Source of the DNA: Candidatus Omnitrophota bacterium | GTDB taxonomy: Bacteria; Omnitrophota; Gorgyraeia; Gygaellales; Profunditerraquicolaceae | Assembly: GCA_963805065.1 (NCBI GenBank) | Contig: CAWDSS010000010.1 | Location: forward strand, 600,359 to 664,358 | Direction: 5' to 3' | Length of the DNA: 64,000 nucleotides | Part shown: positions 18,462-32,100 of the stretch, piece by piece | Layout of the letters: every line of letters begins with the position of its first letter | How positions within the stretch are numbered: the stretch's first letter is position 1 | Position numbers and translations under genes: made by a program | The notes under the pieces: model-generated | Seen by the model: the letters and a program-made list of their open reading frames with translations, nothing else | What the model was told of the DNA's origin: nothing | The model's database searches: none

Positions 18462-19244
18462 TTAATGCGCTAATATGAATTCCTTCCATTTACTTTCCAT
18501 ATCATTTAAATCCTTAAAGCCGTAGGTGTTCTGTAATGTCTCCTGCCAATCTCCGCCGTCGCGAAGCCCGCGGCTGAAGTCCAGGAATTTATCCCTGCCG
18601 TAATCCTCGAGCAGAAAAATAATCAAGGAGGCGGACTCTGCATAAAAAACATTGGGGACAACCAATGTAGCACCCTGAATCGCATTGAGCTTGCTTAAAG
18701 AAATGTATACGCCCTCGGTAACCAAATTTTTTGCAAATTTTAACCGTTCTTTTAAATTGCTTTTTTCCTGCGAACAGGCAACGCCCTCATCAATCCAGAG
18801 AGGCAAATTTATTTTATCTCCTACGAACTCCCTGAATATAATATGGGTTAACTCATGAGGCAACACTGAATCAAAAAATCCCTGCTGGCCGACAAAGGTT
18901 ATTATGGTACGCTTTTTTATGTTAACCATTGCCCCTGACCATTCTGCAGCCAGCCCGGTAGAGTGGTACCCTGTGTTATCCTTATATAAATATATTTTAG
19001 CACGGTTATCCCAGCTCCAGAAGTCAAATCTTCGGTACCCCAAATCATCGACAATGCCGTTGTAATAGTTTTCTGCGTTGTTTATAAGTTCGTCGACATA
19101 GCCGTAAGGCGCCTCCTGGGAATAGGCGATAAAATGCTCGGATTTGGTTGTTTGCCAGAGTTGTGTTTCAACCTCGGCGAGACACCGGCTGAAAAATGCC
19201 GTAGATAAAAAAAAGAAAAATATCAATATTTTGGTATTTTTCAT
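18462..19244 (-). CDS. Secreted zinc metallopeptidase-like protein (HEXXH)
   Basis: Signal peptide MKNTKILIFFFFLSTAFFSRCLA; HELTH motif in VLPHELTHIIFREF with downstream DEG. Family assignment is uncertain. Confidence 0.5.
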   Translation of the reverse strand: MKNTKILIFFFFLSTAFFSRCLAEVETQLWQTTKSEHFIAYSQEAPYGYVDELINNAENYYNGIVDDLGYRRFDFWSWDNRAKIYLYKDNTGYHSTGLAAEWSGAMVNIKKRTIITFVGQQGFFDSVLPHELTHIIFREFVGDKINLPLWIDEGVACSQEKSNLKERLKFAKNLVTEGVYISLSKLNAIQGATLVVPNVFYAESASLIIFLLEDYGRDKFLDFSRGLRDGGDWQETLQNTYGFKDLNDMESKWKEFILAH

Positions 19245-19272
19245 ATTTTTTGTAAGTTGTTTGATCTATCTG

Positions 19273-19409
19273 TTAATGTCAAATGACAAAGCACAAATGA
19301 AGAAAAGGGGACGTTTCGAAGAAAAGGGGACGTTTCTATTTTTAACACCTCCGGTTTAGCAGAAAAATAGAAACGTCCCCTTTTCTTTGGATGTTGTCAT
19401 TTGTCATTA
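19273..19409. mobile_element. Short composite MITE-like element
   Basis: ttaatgtcaaatgacaaagcacaaa - REP doublet - ctttggatgttgtcatttgtcatta. The ends are inverted repeats of each other. Confidence 0.65.
19303..19384. repeat. REP doublet preceded by a partial duplicated half-arm
   Basis: gaagaaaaggggacgtttc is duplicated, followed by a full doublet at 19322-19384. Confidence 0.9.
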
Positions 19410-20111
19410 CTCCTTGTTTTCTTCCGAAAGCTTTCTCTCCTGCTCCGACTTCGCCTGCTGCTGCCAGATAATATAAAAGGTAAGTCCCAATATTCCTAAG
19501 AAAACGATGATAAAAATAATTATTTTCCAGGTAAGCTTGGCTAACCCCCGAGGCTGGACTTCTGCAAGCAAAGTCTTGGCTGAAAGCAAATCGTTCTTTG
19601 CTGATTCCAGCTGGCTTACGCAATAACGGTAATCCGATATATGCTGCGAAGGGTTATTCGCCGATGCCTTCTGCTTTTCTTCCACTTCATTAAGTTTCTT
19701 TTCTACGTCGCCGTAAAGAACATTGGCTTTATCGGCATAGCCTGTTTTGGCAAATCCGCTAAAGACATCTTTGGCTTCTTTACGAAGCGCCAAAATCTGT
19801 GCCTCATCAACGACCCAGACATCTTTAATCTCAATTTCCTTTTCCAGCACCTCTTTAGGCTTAAGCTCATACTCACCGGAGACATAATAAGTGCCCAGTT
19901 GCGCATCATAAGCAACCTCTAAATCTTCCTTATAAATAATGTCCTCGGGCTTTACTTCCAGGGGTAGATATACTTTTATCGGCACGGTTTGCGTCGATTC
20001 TTCAGAAGGATTTACCGCTACTACTCGAAGAGTAATGCTGGCTTGTGCAAGGCTTGCAAAAAATAACAGGCAAAAAAAAGTGATTAAGGAAAAGAAAATC
20101 GCTTTTTTCAA
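19407..20111 (-). CDS. Hypothetical bitopic membrane protein (signal peptide plus C-terminal TM)
   Basis: 234 aa with N-terminal signal sequence FFSLITFFCLLFFASLAQA and C-terminal TM WKIIIFIIVFLGILGLTFYIIW. It lies 64 nt downstream of the giant gene. No family recognised. Confidence 0.5.
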   Translation of the reverse strand: MKKAIFFSLITFFCLLFFASLAQASITLRVVAVNPSEESTQTVPIKVYLPLEVKPEDIIYKEDLEVAYDAQLGTYYVSGEYELKPKEVLEKEIEIKDVWVVDEAQILALRKEAKDVFSGFAKTGYADKANVLYGDVEKKLNEVEEKQKASANNPSQHISDYRYCVSQLESAKNDLLSAKTLLAEVQPRGLAKLTWKIIIFIIVFLGILGLTFYIIWQQQAKSEQERKLSEENKE

Positions 20112-20175
20112 GGGTCCCTCCGGGCTTTTCTTTTCTATATATTATATACTTATTTTATTATAATTTACACACAAA

Positions 20176-23100
20176 TTATTTGAACTCAAACCAAGTCTGC
20201 ACAACGGGTTTCTTGGCAACGTTCTCAACCATCTTGCTGTTTAAGTCCATTGCCGCCTTTAATTCCTCGGTCTTGTTCTTTAAGTAAACCATATCGTCTT
20301 TCTTTTCTTTGGCAACTTCATATAATTTCTTTAAATTGATGCCTCCCGCTCCGCTCATCTTATCTATCTGGGCGCTGATATCGTCCAATTGTTTGTACAC
20401 TGTCTCAACCTGAGTCAACACTCCCTGCGCCTGCTCCGCCTTCCCCGTAAGGCCCTGGCTAAGCTTTGTCAATGCATCGTCAACGAGGTTGAATTGCGAA
20501 TTGAGCGTATCGGCAACTGACTTCAATCCTGTGATGCCTGTGGTTGAGCCTAAAACCGCGGAAACCTGCCCAGCTACATCTGCAATATCAGTGTTGTAAA
20601 CAGTGATCACCTGAGCATCTACGGTGCCCTTAGTAGTCTCAGAACACACTACCGTAAAATCACCCGTGCCCCAACCCGCAAGGAATGTAACAGTGTAATC
20701 GTAAACTCCGCTTGTTCCGTTTTCTATCATACGCCCCTTGGAAATTTTTAACATGTTCTTGGGGTCATAAACATCGATAGTGGGGGAAAGGCCCGTGGTT
20801 GTGCGATAGGAAATTATAACTGCCTGGCCTGACTTTACCGCGGTATCGCGGTTAAGAATGCCCGACTGCACCTGCGGTTTAATCTCGGTGTTTAGTGTCC
20901 CGGTTATATTATTTTGCGCCGCAGTTATAGCGTTAGGAATAGCAGTATTTGTGGCAGTTAAAATCTGGGAAGTCTGTTGCGTTATGGCTGAAACCTGCGG
21001 CTGTATAGCGTTTACAACTGAATCCTGTATTGTTTTCTGAATGCTCTGAGTCTGGTTAGCTATGGCTGCAGTGGTAGTATTTATGGCATCGGTAGCTGTC
21101 TGTATCATCTGCGTCATTTGTTTTAATTGCTCGGATATGCTGATGTCGAATGTTGCGCCTGAGGTATAAGTGCTTCTAGTGCCGCTTGTGCCGCCGTAGC
21201 TAATGCTACAGTTTGCAAAATACGTTTTACCGGACTCAAGCCCGCCGGTAGTAGTGGCATTGGGCACCTGTATAAAATAACTGCCTGTCGTTGGATCTGC
21301 TGATGCAGCTGTTGCTGTCCATAACGTCGATGAGCCGTAAGACACCGCAACAGTAGCTGAGCCCAGCGCATTGATAGAGTCACTAACCACTAAATAGCCT
21401 TGTTTCTCAAGCCACAACCTTATCATCAACGTATTCGTGTCTTCATTGTAAGAAAAGCTGCTCTGGACCCTGTATTCCTTAGGGGTTGTTGACTCCATAA
21501 GCACATCTACCAACGCATCCTGACTTACTATCCTGTCGACATCGCTAGTATCATAGTATCCTGATTTCGACCAGATAGTTGTGTATGTGCCTTGAGGGTA
21601 ACGCCAGGTAAATGTAGTTGAGCCGGTCGCCACATCCAGCGCTCCCACTATAACATTCCAGTATGTTGAACCTCCTCCCGAAGAATCTACGCCTAATCCG
21701 GTGGTTAATAACGTCATGGTCTCATCATCCCTGATTCTCCAGGTGAGGGTGTAATAAGAAATCGTAAATGCAGGAGATACGGCAAATATTGTCGCATCTG
21801 ACGTTGAACTGACTCTTAGTTGGACATAATAATCTGCTGGCGGTTCAGCCGGCAGATTGGCGAAATTAGGATCGGGCACTGTCCAGGCATAGCCTGAGAT
21901 ATTGTTTGCATTAGGAACGTTAGTAAAGGAGTTAATAGTAGTCCAGCTAGCAAGAGGTAATGTCGACTGATCAGTGGCTGTCCTATACTCTAATTTCAGC
22001 GACGGAAATGCCCCTTTGTTATACCAAGTTATGGAATGAAGTGTATTTGCCTTCCAGTCTGTGGAATTTAAAAATTCCTCGCTGTTAACAGTTTCATCCC
22101 TGAAATCAAAACCACCGGTGATCCTAAACCATCCCGGACTCACCGCAGTAGCAAGTAAGTTACCATTGGAATCATATCCTCTTACCCGCATTTTCAAAGT
22201 AGATGTGGCAGTTGCATTGTCCGGCACTGTCCAGGTATAACTACCTGTATAGCTACCGCTATATGCATCAGCAGTATCGGATGTACCCTTAGGAATGTTG
22301 ACCGCAATAACTGTGGCGGTTTCAGTACCGTCTAAAGAGCCGTCTTGATCGGCATCATTCCAGTAATCAATTGCTACATGATCAATAGCCAAGCCGCGTA
22401 TTGTCCAGTTAATCGTCATGGGATCCTCAACCACGTAGGCAACGCCATTTGGCGGAGGGGTGAGGAACGTAGCTATCGTAGGAGCGGCAATGACTGTAAA
22501 GTTAGCAACTGATGCGCCGCTGGAATTAGGCCTTGAGCCATCCATGACTCTTAGGCGCTCATTAATTCCCTGAACAATAGCCGGGACAGTCCAAGTGTAG
22601 GTCCCGCTATTAGCCAGAGAGTTGGCAAAAGGAGCAGCATAGTTTTGGCCGCTGTTGGTAGAATATGCTATTTGTAGGGCATTGGCAGTTATGGAACCCT
22701 GGGTTGTCCAGGCAATAGGCGCTAAATCGCCCACAGCCCAAACTTCGCCGCCATTAGGACGAATCATGCTAACCGTGGGTATCTTGACAGTCCATTGCGC
22801 TGATACCTCTACCGGCGTTGCGCTATTTCCTGAGTCGGTAATCCTGACTCTGGCCGGCGAATCGCTGGTTATTGCAAAGGAGTTTGGTATTGCCCAGTTG
22901 TAGGAAGTTGCACCATGCATGGCTCCTGAGTAAATTTGCGAATAAGTTACGCCGTTGTCGTATGAATATTCCAAAAGAAGGTTATCGCTTACCAGGCCTT
23001 GCTTTGTCCAGCTAATAGTCTGGGTAGTTCCCATTATCCAGGCATCAGTTGTAGTCGGATGGTTTATGCTGGTAATCATGGGCGGAGGCAATACTGAGAA

Positions 23101-26100
23101 ATTAGCGTTGGAAACAGCCACTACGCTGGGATTCGCAGCATCGCTTATCCTTATCCTGGCAGTTGCGGTAACTGTTGCCGGAGAAAAGTTATAATACGCG
23201 CCGTTATTTGGCCAGTTGGACTCTATGGTTGCCCAGGTCTGATTAGTTGTATAATCCGGGCACCATTCAATCTTCACGTTACCCACTGTTCCTGTGTTTG
23301 TCCATTTAATCCCGCCTGTAGGATTTACCTGGTCGCTATATCCTAGATTATAAGTCTGGTATTGGGTGAGCTCTTCCCCGCCATTTGGCTGCAGTATCCC
23401 TATTGCAGGCAAGGCAATGATAAACGCCGACGGAGAAACCGAAACATTAGACAGGCCGTTTGGCTGGGAAACCCGCACCAGGCAAACCTGTTGATTGCCG
23501 ATAGAATAATCTGCCGGGATAGTCCAGCTGAAGCTTCCGGTATTTCCGACAATGCCGTCATTAAGCGTGTCATATGATTCAACTACGGTTGTCCAGGAAG
23601 TGCCGTAGTCAGTAGAATATTCCAATTTCACAGTAGCCATGGAAGCCGAGCCGGCTGTGGTTGTCCAGGTAATATTATGAGTAGTCCCGATAGTCCAGTT
23701 TTCACCTCCCACAGGAGAAATTAAGTTTAAGTTACCTTTGATATTAAATGTCCCGGAGGTTGCAGAAACAGTGAGATCATTAGCATCCTCTACTTGTATC
23801 TTGCAGTCGCTGGATATATTATCAGGCACTGTCCAGGTATAATTAGTTGCTGCATTGGCATTAGGAGTAACGCTCCAGTTCGCAGAAGCATTCAATACTG
23901 TCCAGGTGGGAGTGCCTGCGCTGGCATTGGTGGTATACAAAAGTTTTACACGCGTAATATTTCCCGTGGTTGTCCAGGTGATTACATTGCCTGTGCCTAC
24001 TGTCCAGCTTGCACCTAGAGCAGGCGGGTTAGGGGCGCTCACTGAGCCGTTTATCTGGAAGGTAGTAGTCGTGTCTTTATAAGAAGTGGAGTCTGTAGGA
24101 ACGCGCGTATCTATTATTCTTATCCTTAATGCAGTATTAATGTAGCTGGCATCAACAGTTGTAGGCACAGTCCAGACGCACGAACCTGAACTGTTACCAA
24201 TATTCCAGCTGCTTAAGTCAGCGGAGGAAATTGTTTGGGCGCTAGTAAGATTAACATCACCATCTCTATAATAAATCAGCTCCACATTAGCCTGGTCAAT
24301 TCTACCGGTAGTTGTCCAGTTAATTGTCAGGGCACTTCCTGCTGTTACTGCTGAGCCTGATAAATTCACGTTGTTAAACATGCCACAAATGGTAAAGGAA
24401 TTAGAAGTAGCAGCTGTTGTACTCTGCCTGTATGAATCAAACACCTTTATCTGGGATGCTCCCACATCATTGGGAACTGTCCAGGTAAAGGTGGATGTGC
24501 CATTGGAATTACTGGTTACTGAAGCACCGCCGGAAACATTTGTAAAACTACCGCCGCCTGACGTAGAATTATATTGTATGGTTGCCGCATAAGTAGCGCT
24601 GCCTTCGCCACCAGCTGTGCTCCAGGTAATTGCCGGGGTTTCAGTTACCACCTGATAGCCGGATAAATTACCCACAGTAATTGCCGGCTGTGTAATTGTC
24701 ACCTGGGGTAGCAATGTGTTTGTCATCTGGGTTTGCGTCCTAGTCATATCCCTGATTCTTAGTTGCGCGCTGGCATTAGTAGCTGCTGCGCCTAAGGCTG
24801 CTTGCGGCACTGTCCAGGAGAAACTTGCCGCACTAGGATACCCCCTTGGCTGGCCTGTGGCAATGGCTGTCCAGTTTGTGCCTGAGTTTGTAGAGTATTC
24901 AACATTAATATTGTCATTGGCATTGGCAGAGCCTGTCCAGGTAATGGTATTTCCCGCCGAACCTACCCGCCAGGATGGATTTGTCAAAGGAGAAGTAATG
25001 GTTAGGGTGGGCTGTGTGCCAATGTTAAAAGGATTTGAAGTAGACACTGCCACTGAAGGATAATTGGGATCATATATTCTCACTTGGGCAGTTGAGGTTA
25101 TTGCATTGGGTATAGTCCAGCTAAAGCTTCCGCTGCTTCCACTATTAGGCACCTGGGTGAAACTGTTTTGCGCGGTATGATTCATATCATACCAGTTGCT
25201 GCCGTCAGTGGATAATTGCAGATTTACTGGCGTAAATGTCCCGGCAGATGTCCAGGTAATATTCACTGAATCATTCACCACAACATTAGGTGGCTGAGCC
25301 AAAGTTATGCTACCGACTAAATTAAACTCACCTGAAGTCTTGGTAACAACAGTGGATCTAGAGGCATCTACAATCTTAACGGAAGTAGCGCCGATATCGT
25401 CGGGAATTGTCCAGGTCCAGCTTGTAGAACCGTTAGATGTATTAGCCAGATTAGTAGCAATTGTTGACCAGCTTGTGCCTGCCCCATAGCTAAGGTCGTA
25501 AGAGATATTTACTTGAGAAACCGCTCCGCTTGTCGACCAGGAAATTAGGTTAGCTGTAGCTACTGCCCAATTGTTGCTTGAGCTGGGGCTGTTAATTGTA
25601 ATCTGCGGGGCAATTGCCGTCCATGCGGCATCAGGGCTGACAACAGCCCCTAAAACTGCTGAGCCAGCACGCGAGGCATCGCTAACCTCGATTAGTCCTG
25701 CGCTAGTAGAATTTGTCCATAACAATGCTGCTTGGGGCACTGTCCAGAAATAAGTGCCGTTTTGTGCTGCGGTTGTAGTCAAAACTGTCCAGCCCATATC
25801 GCTAGTATTAGCCCTTAACTGTACATGGCCATCGTTTACACCTGCAGAGGCTGTCCAAGTAATGGAATAGCCTTTGCCCACCTGCCACTGCGGAGTTCCC
25901 GTCGGAGAAGTAATGGTAATGGAAGGCTGGGCTTTTACAGTATAAGCAGTAGAGGATTGGCCTAGGCTGGCCGAGCGGGATGAATCTGTATCTTCCACCT
26001 TAATTTGCGTCTGATTTATGCTCACGGCATCAGAAGGTATGGTCCAGTTAAAGGACGCAGTAGTATTTGCCAAAGCACCCGCTCCGCTACAGGCTGTCCA

Positions 26101-29100
26101 GGTTGTGCCATTATTATTTGTGTAAGAAACCTTAACGCTATTGCCGCTGCTTAAATTACCTACCCAGGTCCAGGAAATAGTTGCCGTGTCGCCAACATAC
26201 AGCGCATCTGCGCCTAAAGGCTGAGTTAGAGTAACATTGCTAATTTTGGGAACTGCTATGGTTATAGGTAATGTAACAGAAATATTCGTGGGGTCTGAGC
26301 CGTTAATTGCCGGGGCGCGCGTTCCGGTAATCCTTATTTGGCTTGCGCCAGATGAGATATACGCATCGTTGTTAGGAACAGTCCAGTAATAAGACTTGGT
26401 GAAGTTATTATCGTATGTGCCTGTGGTAAGAAGAGTAATATTGCTATCATTGGGATCAGTGTTATCAACAGTCCAGTTAGTATAACTTGCATTCGGCACT
26501 GTCCAGGTTGAGCCGTCAGGAGAATATTCTACTTTTACCTGCGTAATCTTACCCACGGTTGACCAGCTGATTTGATTATTGCTGGTGCCTAATGTCCAGG
26601 TAGTTCCGCTGGCTGGCAAAACAGTAGTAATATTCGCTGCTACGGTAAATGCAGATGATGTACCTGTAATAGTATTATCCGCATTGGAGATAATCTCTAT
26701 TTGGGCATTGGTTGAAGGAGCTAACCAGACGTTCCAGTTATAGGTCCCGCTATTGACACTTGAGTTTGCTAAATTGGGGGTTTGCGCTACGCCATTCTCA
26801 ACATACTTAATAGTTACAGCAGGGCTATTAGTTGGATTAGCCTTGTCTCCGATATTTGTCCAGGTAACGCTGGAATAGGTTTTGCCTCCGATTATCCTCA
26901 CGCCTGCAGCAGGCGTATCAACCCTAAACTTGGCATTGTTCAAAACCTTGAACACGTAAGATAAGGCTTGTATGCCTTGGGTCCTGGCAGGGGTAGAACC
27001 ATCCTCAATCCTTATCTGTCGGTTAGTGCCTACTGCCGCTGCAGGGATAGTCCAAACATAAGAGCCGTTGTCTGTTAGCCCTGCAACACTCCAAAGCACA
27101 GTTGCTCCGCTAATACAGTCAATTTCAATATTATTTCCTAAATTGCGTTCAGTCGTCCAGGTAATGCTACGCGCATCATTCTGCACTAAAGTGATTGCAC
27201 CATCACTATCTTCGGGCTCTGTTGACAGCGGGAATGGATTTAAGGTAATGGTCGGGTAGCGCACAGTAAAGGCATTCTTAGTATAATCATACACGGTGCT
27301 GGGGTTGTTAGAATCCTCGATCTTCAGGCCATAGCTAGTGGAAGAATATGCAGTAGGAATTACCCACGCATAGCTTCCGTTATTTGTCTCTTGTCCAATC
27401 AATGTCCAGGTAGCGCTAGTAGGAGTAGTTGGGTTAAAATCAGTAGCATAATATAGGTTTGCTGTGGCTGCCTTTGTTCCTACAGTAGTCCAGGTAATTG
27501 TCCAGGTATCTCCGGCAATCTGAGGAGAAGTTACTGCATTTAAGCTAATAGTGCTGGAGGGAATAGCGAAGGTATTTGAGACAGCTGTCCAATTAGTAGT
27601 AGGCGATATTTCTGAGCGGGAGGCGTAAGTGATTTTTATCTGGGCGTTGCTTGTGGCTGCGCTCAACTCCGGAATAGTCCAGGAGGTAGAATTTGCCTGT
27701 GTATCGCTAACTCCTGTTGGCTGAGGATTGGCTACTGTTCCTGTTCCAATGTTCGTCCAGGTTATTCCATCTGACGTATACCAGATAGTTATTTGATTGG
27801 CTGCTGCATAATCAGTAGTCCAGGCAATAGTCTGGTTGGTTCCCATTCTCCAGGAAGAACCGCTATTAGGCGATTGAATAGTAATTGAGGGGGGCGATAC
27901 AATCTTAAACGCGCTATTTGAGGTATCTGAAACTGTTGCGCCGTGCATACTTACCATTACCAAACAATTATTTGAAACGTCATTTGGTATAGAATACCAA
28001 TTGTAGGTCCCCAAATTAGCTTGTTGTGTATCAATGGTTGTCCAATCTGTGCCGCCATCACTAGAATAATACAAATCTATGGGTGTACTAGGAATTAAAC
28101 CTGTGGATGTCCAAGTGATATTTCTATTAGTATCTCCCACCACCCACATCTCTGAGCCGGTGTTAGGCGCAGTAACTCTAACTCCCTTAACTGTAAACCC
28201 TGCAGAGGTTGTCCAGGCTACATTATTAAGCGCGGTTATGCTTGTAGGCTGAAGTTTTATCTGGGCGCTATTAGTAGCTGTGGCAATCTGGTCTCCGGTA
28301 ATTGTCCAGGTATAACTTGTGCCGCTTTGGTTAGTGGCAATTGTCCAGCAAGTAGAATTATCTACAGTCCAGTTTGTGCCATTGGAAGAATACAAAATAT
28401 CTAACGGCTCATTAAAGCCGGCTGTTGACCAGGTAATATTTGAGTTTGTATTTGCCGTCCAGGATGTCCCTGCCGCAGGCGCAGTAATGCCTAAATTAGT
28501 GATTTTTATGGTCCATGTCTGCGTAGATGCCTGGCTATTATTTACATTATCCACAGCTGCCACTGACCAGGTATATATTCCCGGGTTTATGGTATTGGCA
28601 GTAATGGTAGAGCCTGTAGTCCAAGTAGCAGAGATATTGTCTTTATTAACACTCCCGTTTACATATAGTTGGTATTTACCTAAACCTGAGCCGGCATCTG
28701 AACTAGCAGACCAGCTAAAAGCAGGCGTGGTAGACGTAGTCCAGATAGAAGAAGTTGGGCTGGTTAAGCTAAAGCTGGCTGGCGCAGTAAGATCTTGAAT
28801 CACTGAAAAATTATTAGAGACTGTGGTTAAGCCTGCGTTATTGGTTACTGTAAAGCTAACCGAACCATTCTGAGTAGAATTTGCCGTCCAGGTATAGTTA
28901 GCAGTCCAGGTAGTGCCGCTACTCGTAACATCAAATGCAGTGTTTCCTGTACTGAACCCGGCCAAACCCGGAAAAGTAATCTTTTGAATTCCCGAGACTG
29001 GATCTTGTGCTGTAGCAATAATCCTGAATGAACCGGAAGTTCCGCCCGTATTATAATAAATCGGGCCGCTAGCACTCGATACGTATTGATAAATAGAGCT

Positions 29101-32100
29101 CGGATTCCCGGCAATGGTAAAGGAAATTGAGCCGGCAGGAGGAGCAGTAGAATCCACCACAAATGTCCAGCTGGTAGCTTGTTCAGTCCAGTTCATTGCT
29201 GCGTCTGTAGCCTTGATTTTTACCTTGCAGTTAGCAGAGCTAATGCCAGGAGCTGGTGTCCAGGTATAGCTGCCACTATTAGTAATGCTCCAGTTTGTAG
29301 CTGTATTTATAATTGACCAGGTAGGAGAGCCGAGGTTTCCATCGGAGGCATAGTAAATTTGTATAGGAGTAGTATTTAAGCCGCTGGTAGCATCTGTAAT
29401 TGCAGTTGTTGACCAGGTAATGGCATTGGTCCCTACGGTGCCATTCCAATATGTTCCTCCTGAGGCTGGGGCAATAATAACATTGCCGTTAAATATCGGA
29501 GATGCAGTGTCCAGGGTGATGGAGCCATAGAGTGGAGAAACTATGCTAATAGTAACATTAGTTAAGCTAGGTGTATAAAGTGTATTTGCAGTTGCAAAAT
29601 AGACTTTATAGCGCAGGTATTGCTTGCCTGTAAGTACAGGGTTAATTGTAGTACCGCTTACAGTATAATAATCAGTTGTGCTCGTGGGGCCGTAGTATAT
29701 CCAGGGGCCAGTAGCACTATTGGAAGTTGCTAATTGGAATTTTAAGGCAGTTGCTTGTGATACTGTCCAGCATTGGCTGGGTATAGTTGCAGTCCAGCTT
29801 ATGGTCCACAGCTGGGCTTCGCCGCCTAAATTTACAGTTGCTGACTCAAAGGTACCGGAGGAATTATAATTAAAAGGAGTAATGGTTAAAGATCCGTTGC
29901 TTCCAGCTGCCGCACCAGCTCCAGCAATTGTAGTCCAGTTCGTGAGCGAAGTTGAACTCCAAACATACCCTGAACCTCCGCCGCCAGCTCCACCACCAGT
30001 AGCGCTGCCTGCACCACTACCGCCACCATAATATCCACCTCCACCGCCACCCGCATTATTGCCAGTACCGCCAGGTGCTGTTCCGCCAATACCAGCTGAG
30101 CCATGACTGCCAGTAACAGTACCGGTACCACCAGCGCCGCCACCAGTAGAGGTTCCACCGCTACCGCCGCCGCCAGATCCGCAGCTGCCCCCATTGGCGC
30201 CACTGGCACCACCACCAGTTCCTCCTTGAGATTGGGTTGCCCCACCTCCTCCTCCACCTCCAGCAACTATGATCGCTGTCGATGTTGAAAATGTTGAGGC
30301 TATTCCAAGCCATGTCATTCCACCACCACCACTACCAGAATAGATACCATTACTAGTTCCACCACCGCCACCACCATATCCACCAGTTGTACCAGTAGCG
30401 GGACCAGCACCTCCAACTAAAATATAATAAGTTTGTCCCGCAGTAACAGCTAGAGCTCCCGTGCTTGAGCCTCCCGCAGCACCGTAACCATAAGTACCGC
30501 CCACACCACCACCTCCGGCACCATTTGCAGTAATTTGTATGCTCCCCACCCCGCTGCTAGGCACAGTCCAGGTATAGGTGCTGGGAATAGTCCAAGTAGT
30601 AGGAGAACCACTACTCCTCAATAATAACCCCACGCTGGCACCTGCCCCTGTTCCTGTGATGGCAACATTGCTTGTCCCGGTGTTACTTAACCCTGGAGTA
30701 AACCCGTCCCAACTTGCAGGGGTATCAGCTGTGCCATCACTAGAGGCTTGTACTATCTGTGTATAGGTAACAGTCTTGGAAGTGCGTGATGATATGTTCC
30801 CTGCTCCATCCATGACCCTGACATACACAGTCTTTGTCCCGTCGGTATTGGAGAGCTTCCAGGCGCTGTTAATTGTCCAGTTAGAAGAAGAGGCAGTAAC
30901 TGCAGTCCAGGTGCCTGCTGCCCAGGTAGAGCCGCCTGTAGTAGAGTTAGTTGAGCCGTTATATACGCCCCAGGTAGAGCTGTCTTCTGAGAATTGCACT
31001 TCTAAGGTGGTAGGTACAAATGTCCAGGAGGTCCTGCTATTGTCATCAAATACACCAGCTACCTTAATTATCTGGTTATCGCCAGGTGAGGCCATGCCAT
31101 TGACATAGGTGGCTGAGCCGCCAGTAGGAGCAGTGCCATTGCCATAGATGGTAAAGCCGGTGATTGTAGGGGAAGCTGTATCGCAGGCAATGGGAGAAGA
31201 GTTACCGGAATAAGCTCCTACTATAAGGGCATTGTTCCTTGCCTTTACTTTAGCATAGTAGGTGTTATTGTTAGAAGCGCCTGTCCAGGTGTAGCTGGTA
31301 ACATTACCTACGTTTAAGTCGCTGACTTGATCTGTTCCTCCGGCAGTTGTACCTATGCAGAAGAAGTAATCCTTTATGCCGGCAACGCTATCTACAGCAG
31401 CTGTCCAGGTCCAGGTGATCGAGTTAGAGCCTGTGACCACTCCTGAAGCAACAGGAGTGCCAGGAGGAGAACTAGGCGCTGTTGAATCAATGACAAATGT
31501 CCCGCTAGTAGGCACTGTCCAGTCGCTGTAGTTCATGGCTGCATCAGTTGCTCTTAGTTTAATTTGAACGGTAGAACTGGATATGCCGGGAGCTGGACTC
31601 CAGGTATATGAGCCAGTAGTATTAGGTAAGGCTGAGGCAGTATTAATTGTCCACCAGTTTGAACCGTCAGTAGAATAATACAGGTTGATAGGCAGAGTCC
31701 AGTTAGTGCCAGTAAGGTTAGTGTCTGTAACTAAGCTAGTTGACCAGGTAATGGCATTGGTGTTTAGGGTGCCATTCCAGTAAGTGCCAGATGTAGGCGT
31801 AAGCACTGAGTTGGTTACGCTGGGTGGAGTAGTGTCCAGGGTGATGGTTTTACTTCCTATTGCTGTTGCTTCGCTTCCTAGGGAGCCTACAACAGGCGGA
31901 GAAGACAAATATTGACGGCCTAAATAATGCGCAGTAATGTCAGTTTGTGTCAGGGCGCGGCTGTATATTCTGACTTCGTCGAGAATGCCATTCCAATAGT
32001 AACCCGCAAAAGCACCGAGTGTTAAGGGTGCGGATCCATTTGTACAGCCACCACCGTAGTCGGCCACGAGAATATTGCTTTTTACTCCATTAAGATAAAT

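Noticed and set aside
19342-19623. 93-aa minus-strand ORF ending ...QRKGDVSIFLLNRRC
   Set aside because: It overlaps the better-supported 234-aa ORF (19407-20111) in another frame, and its C-terminus is just the translated REP doublet.
28319-31108. Plus-strand ORFs antisense to the giant gene (e.g. 28319-28798, 30776-31108, 30103-30288)
   Set aside because: They are Val/Pro/Ala-rich antisense translations of Thr/Gly/Trp-rich codons. Open antisense frames of this kind are expected from compositional bias, and no domains are recognisable.
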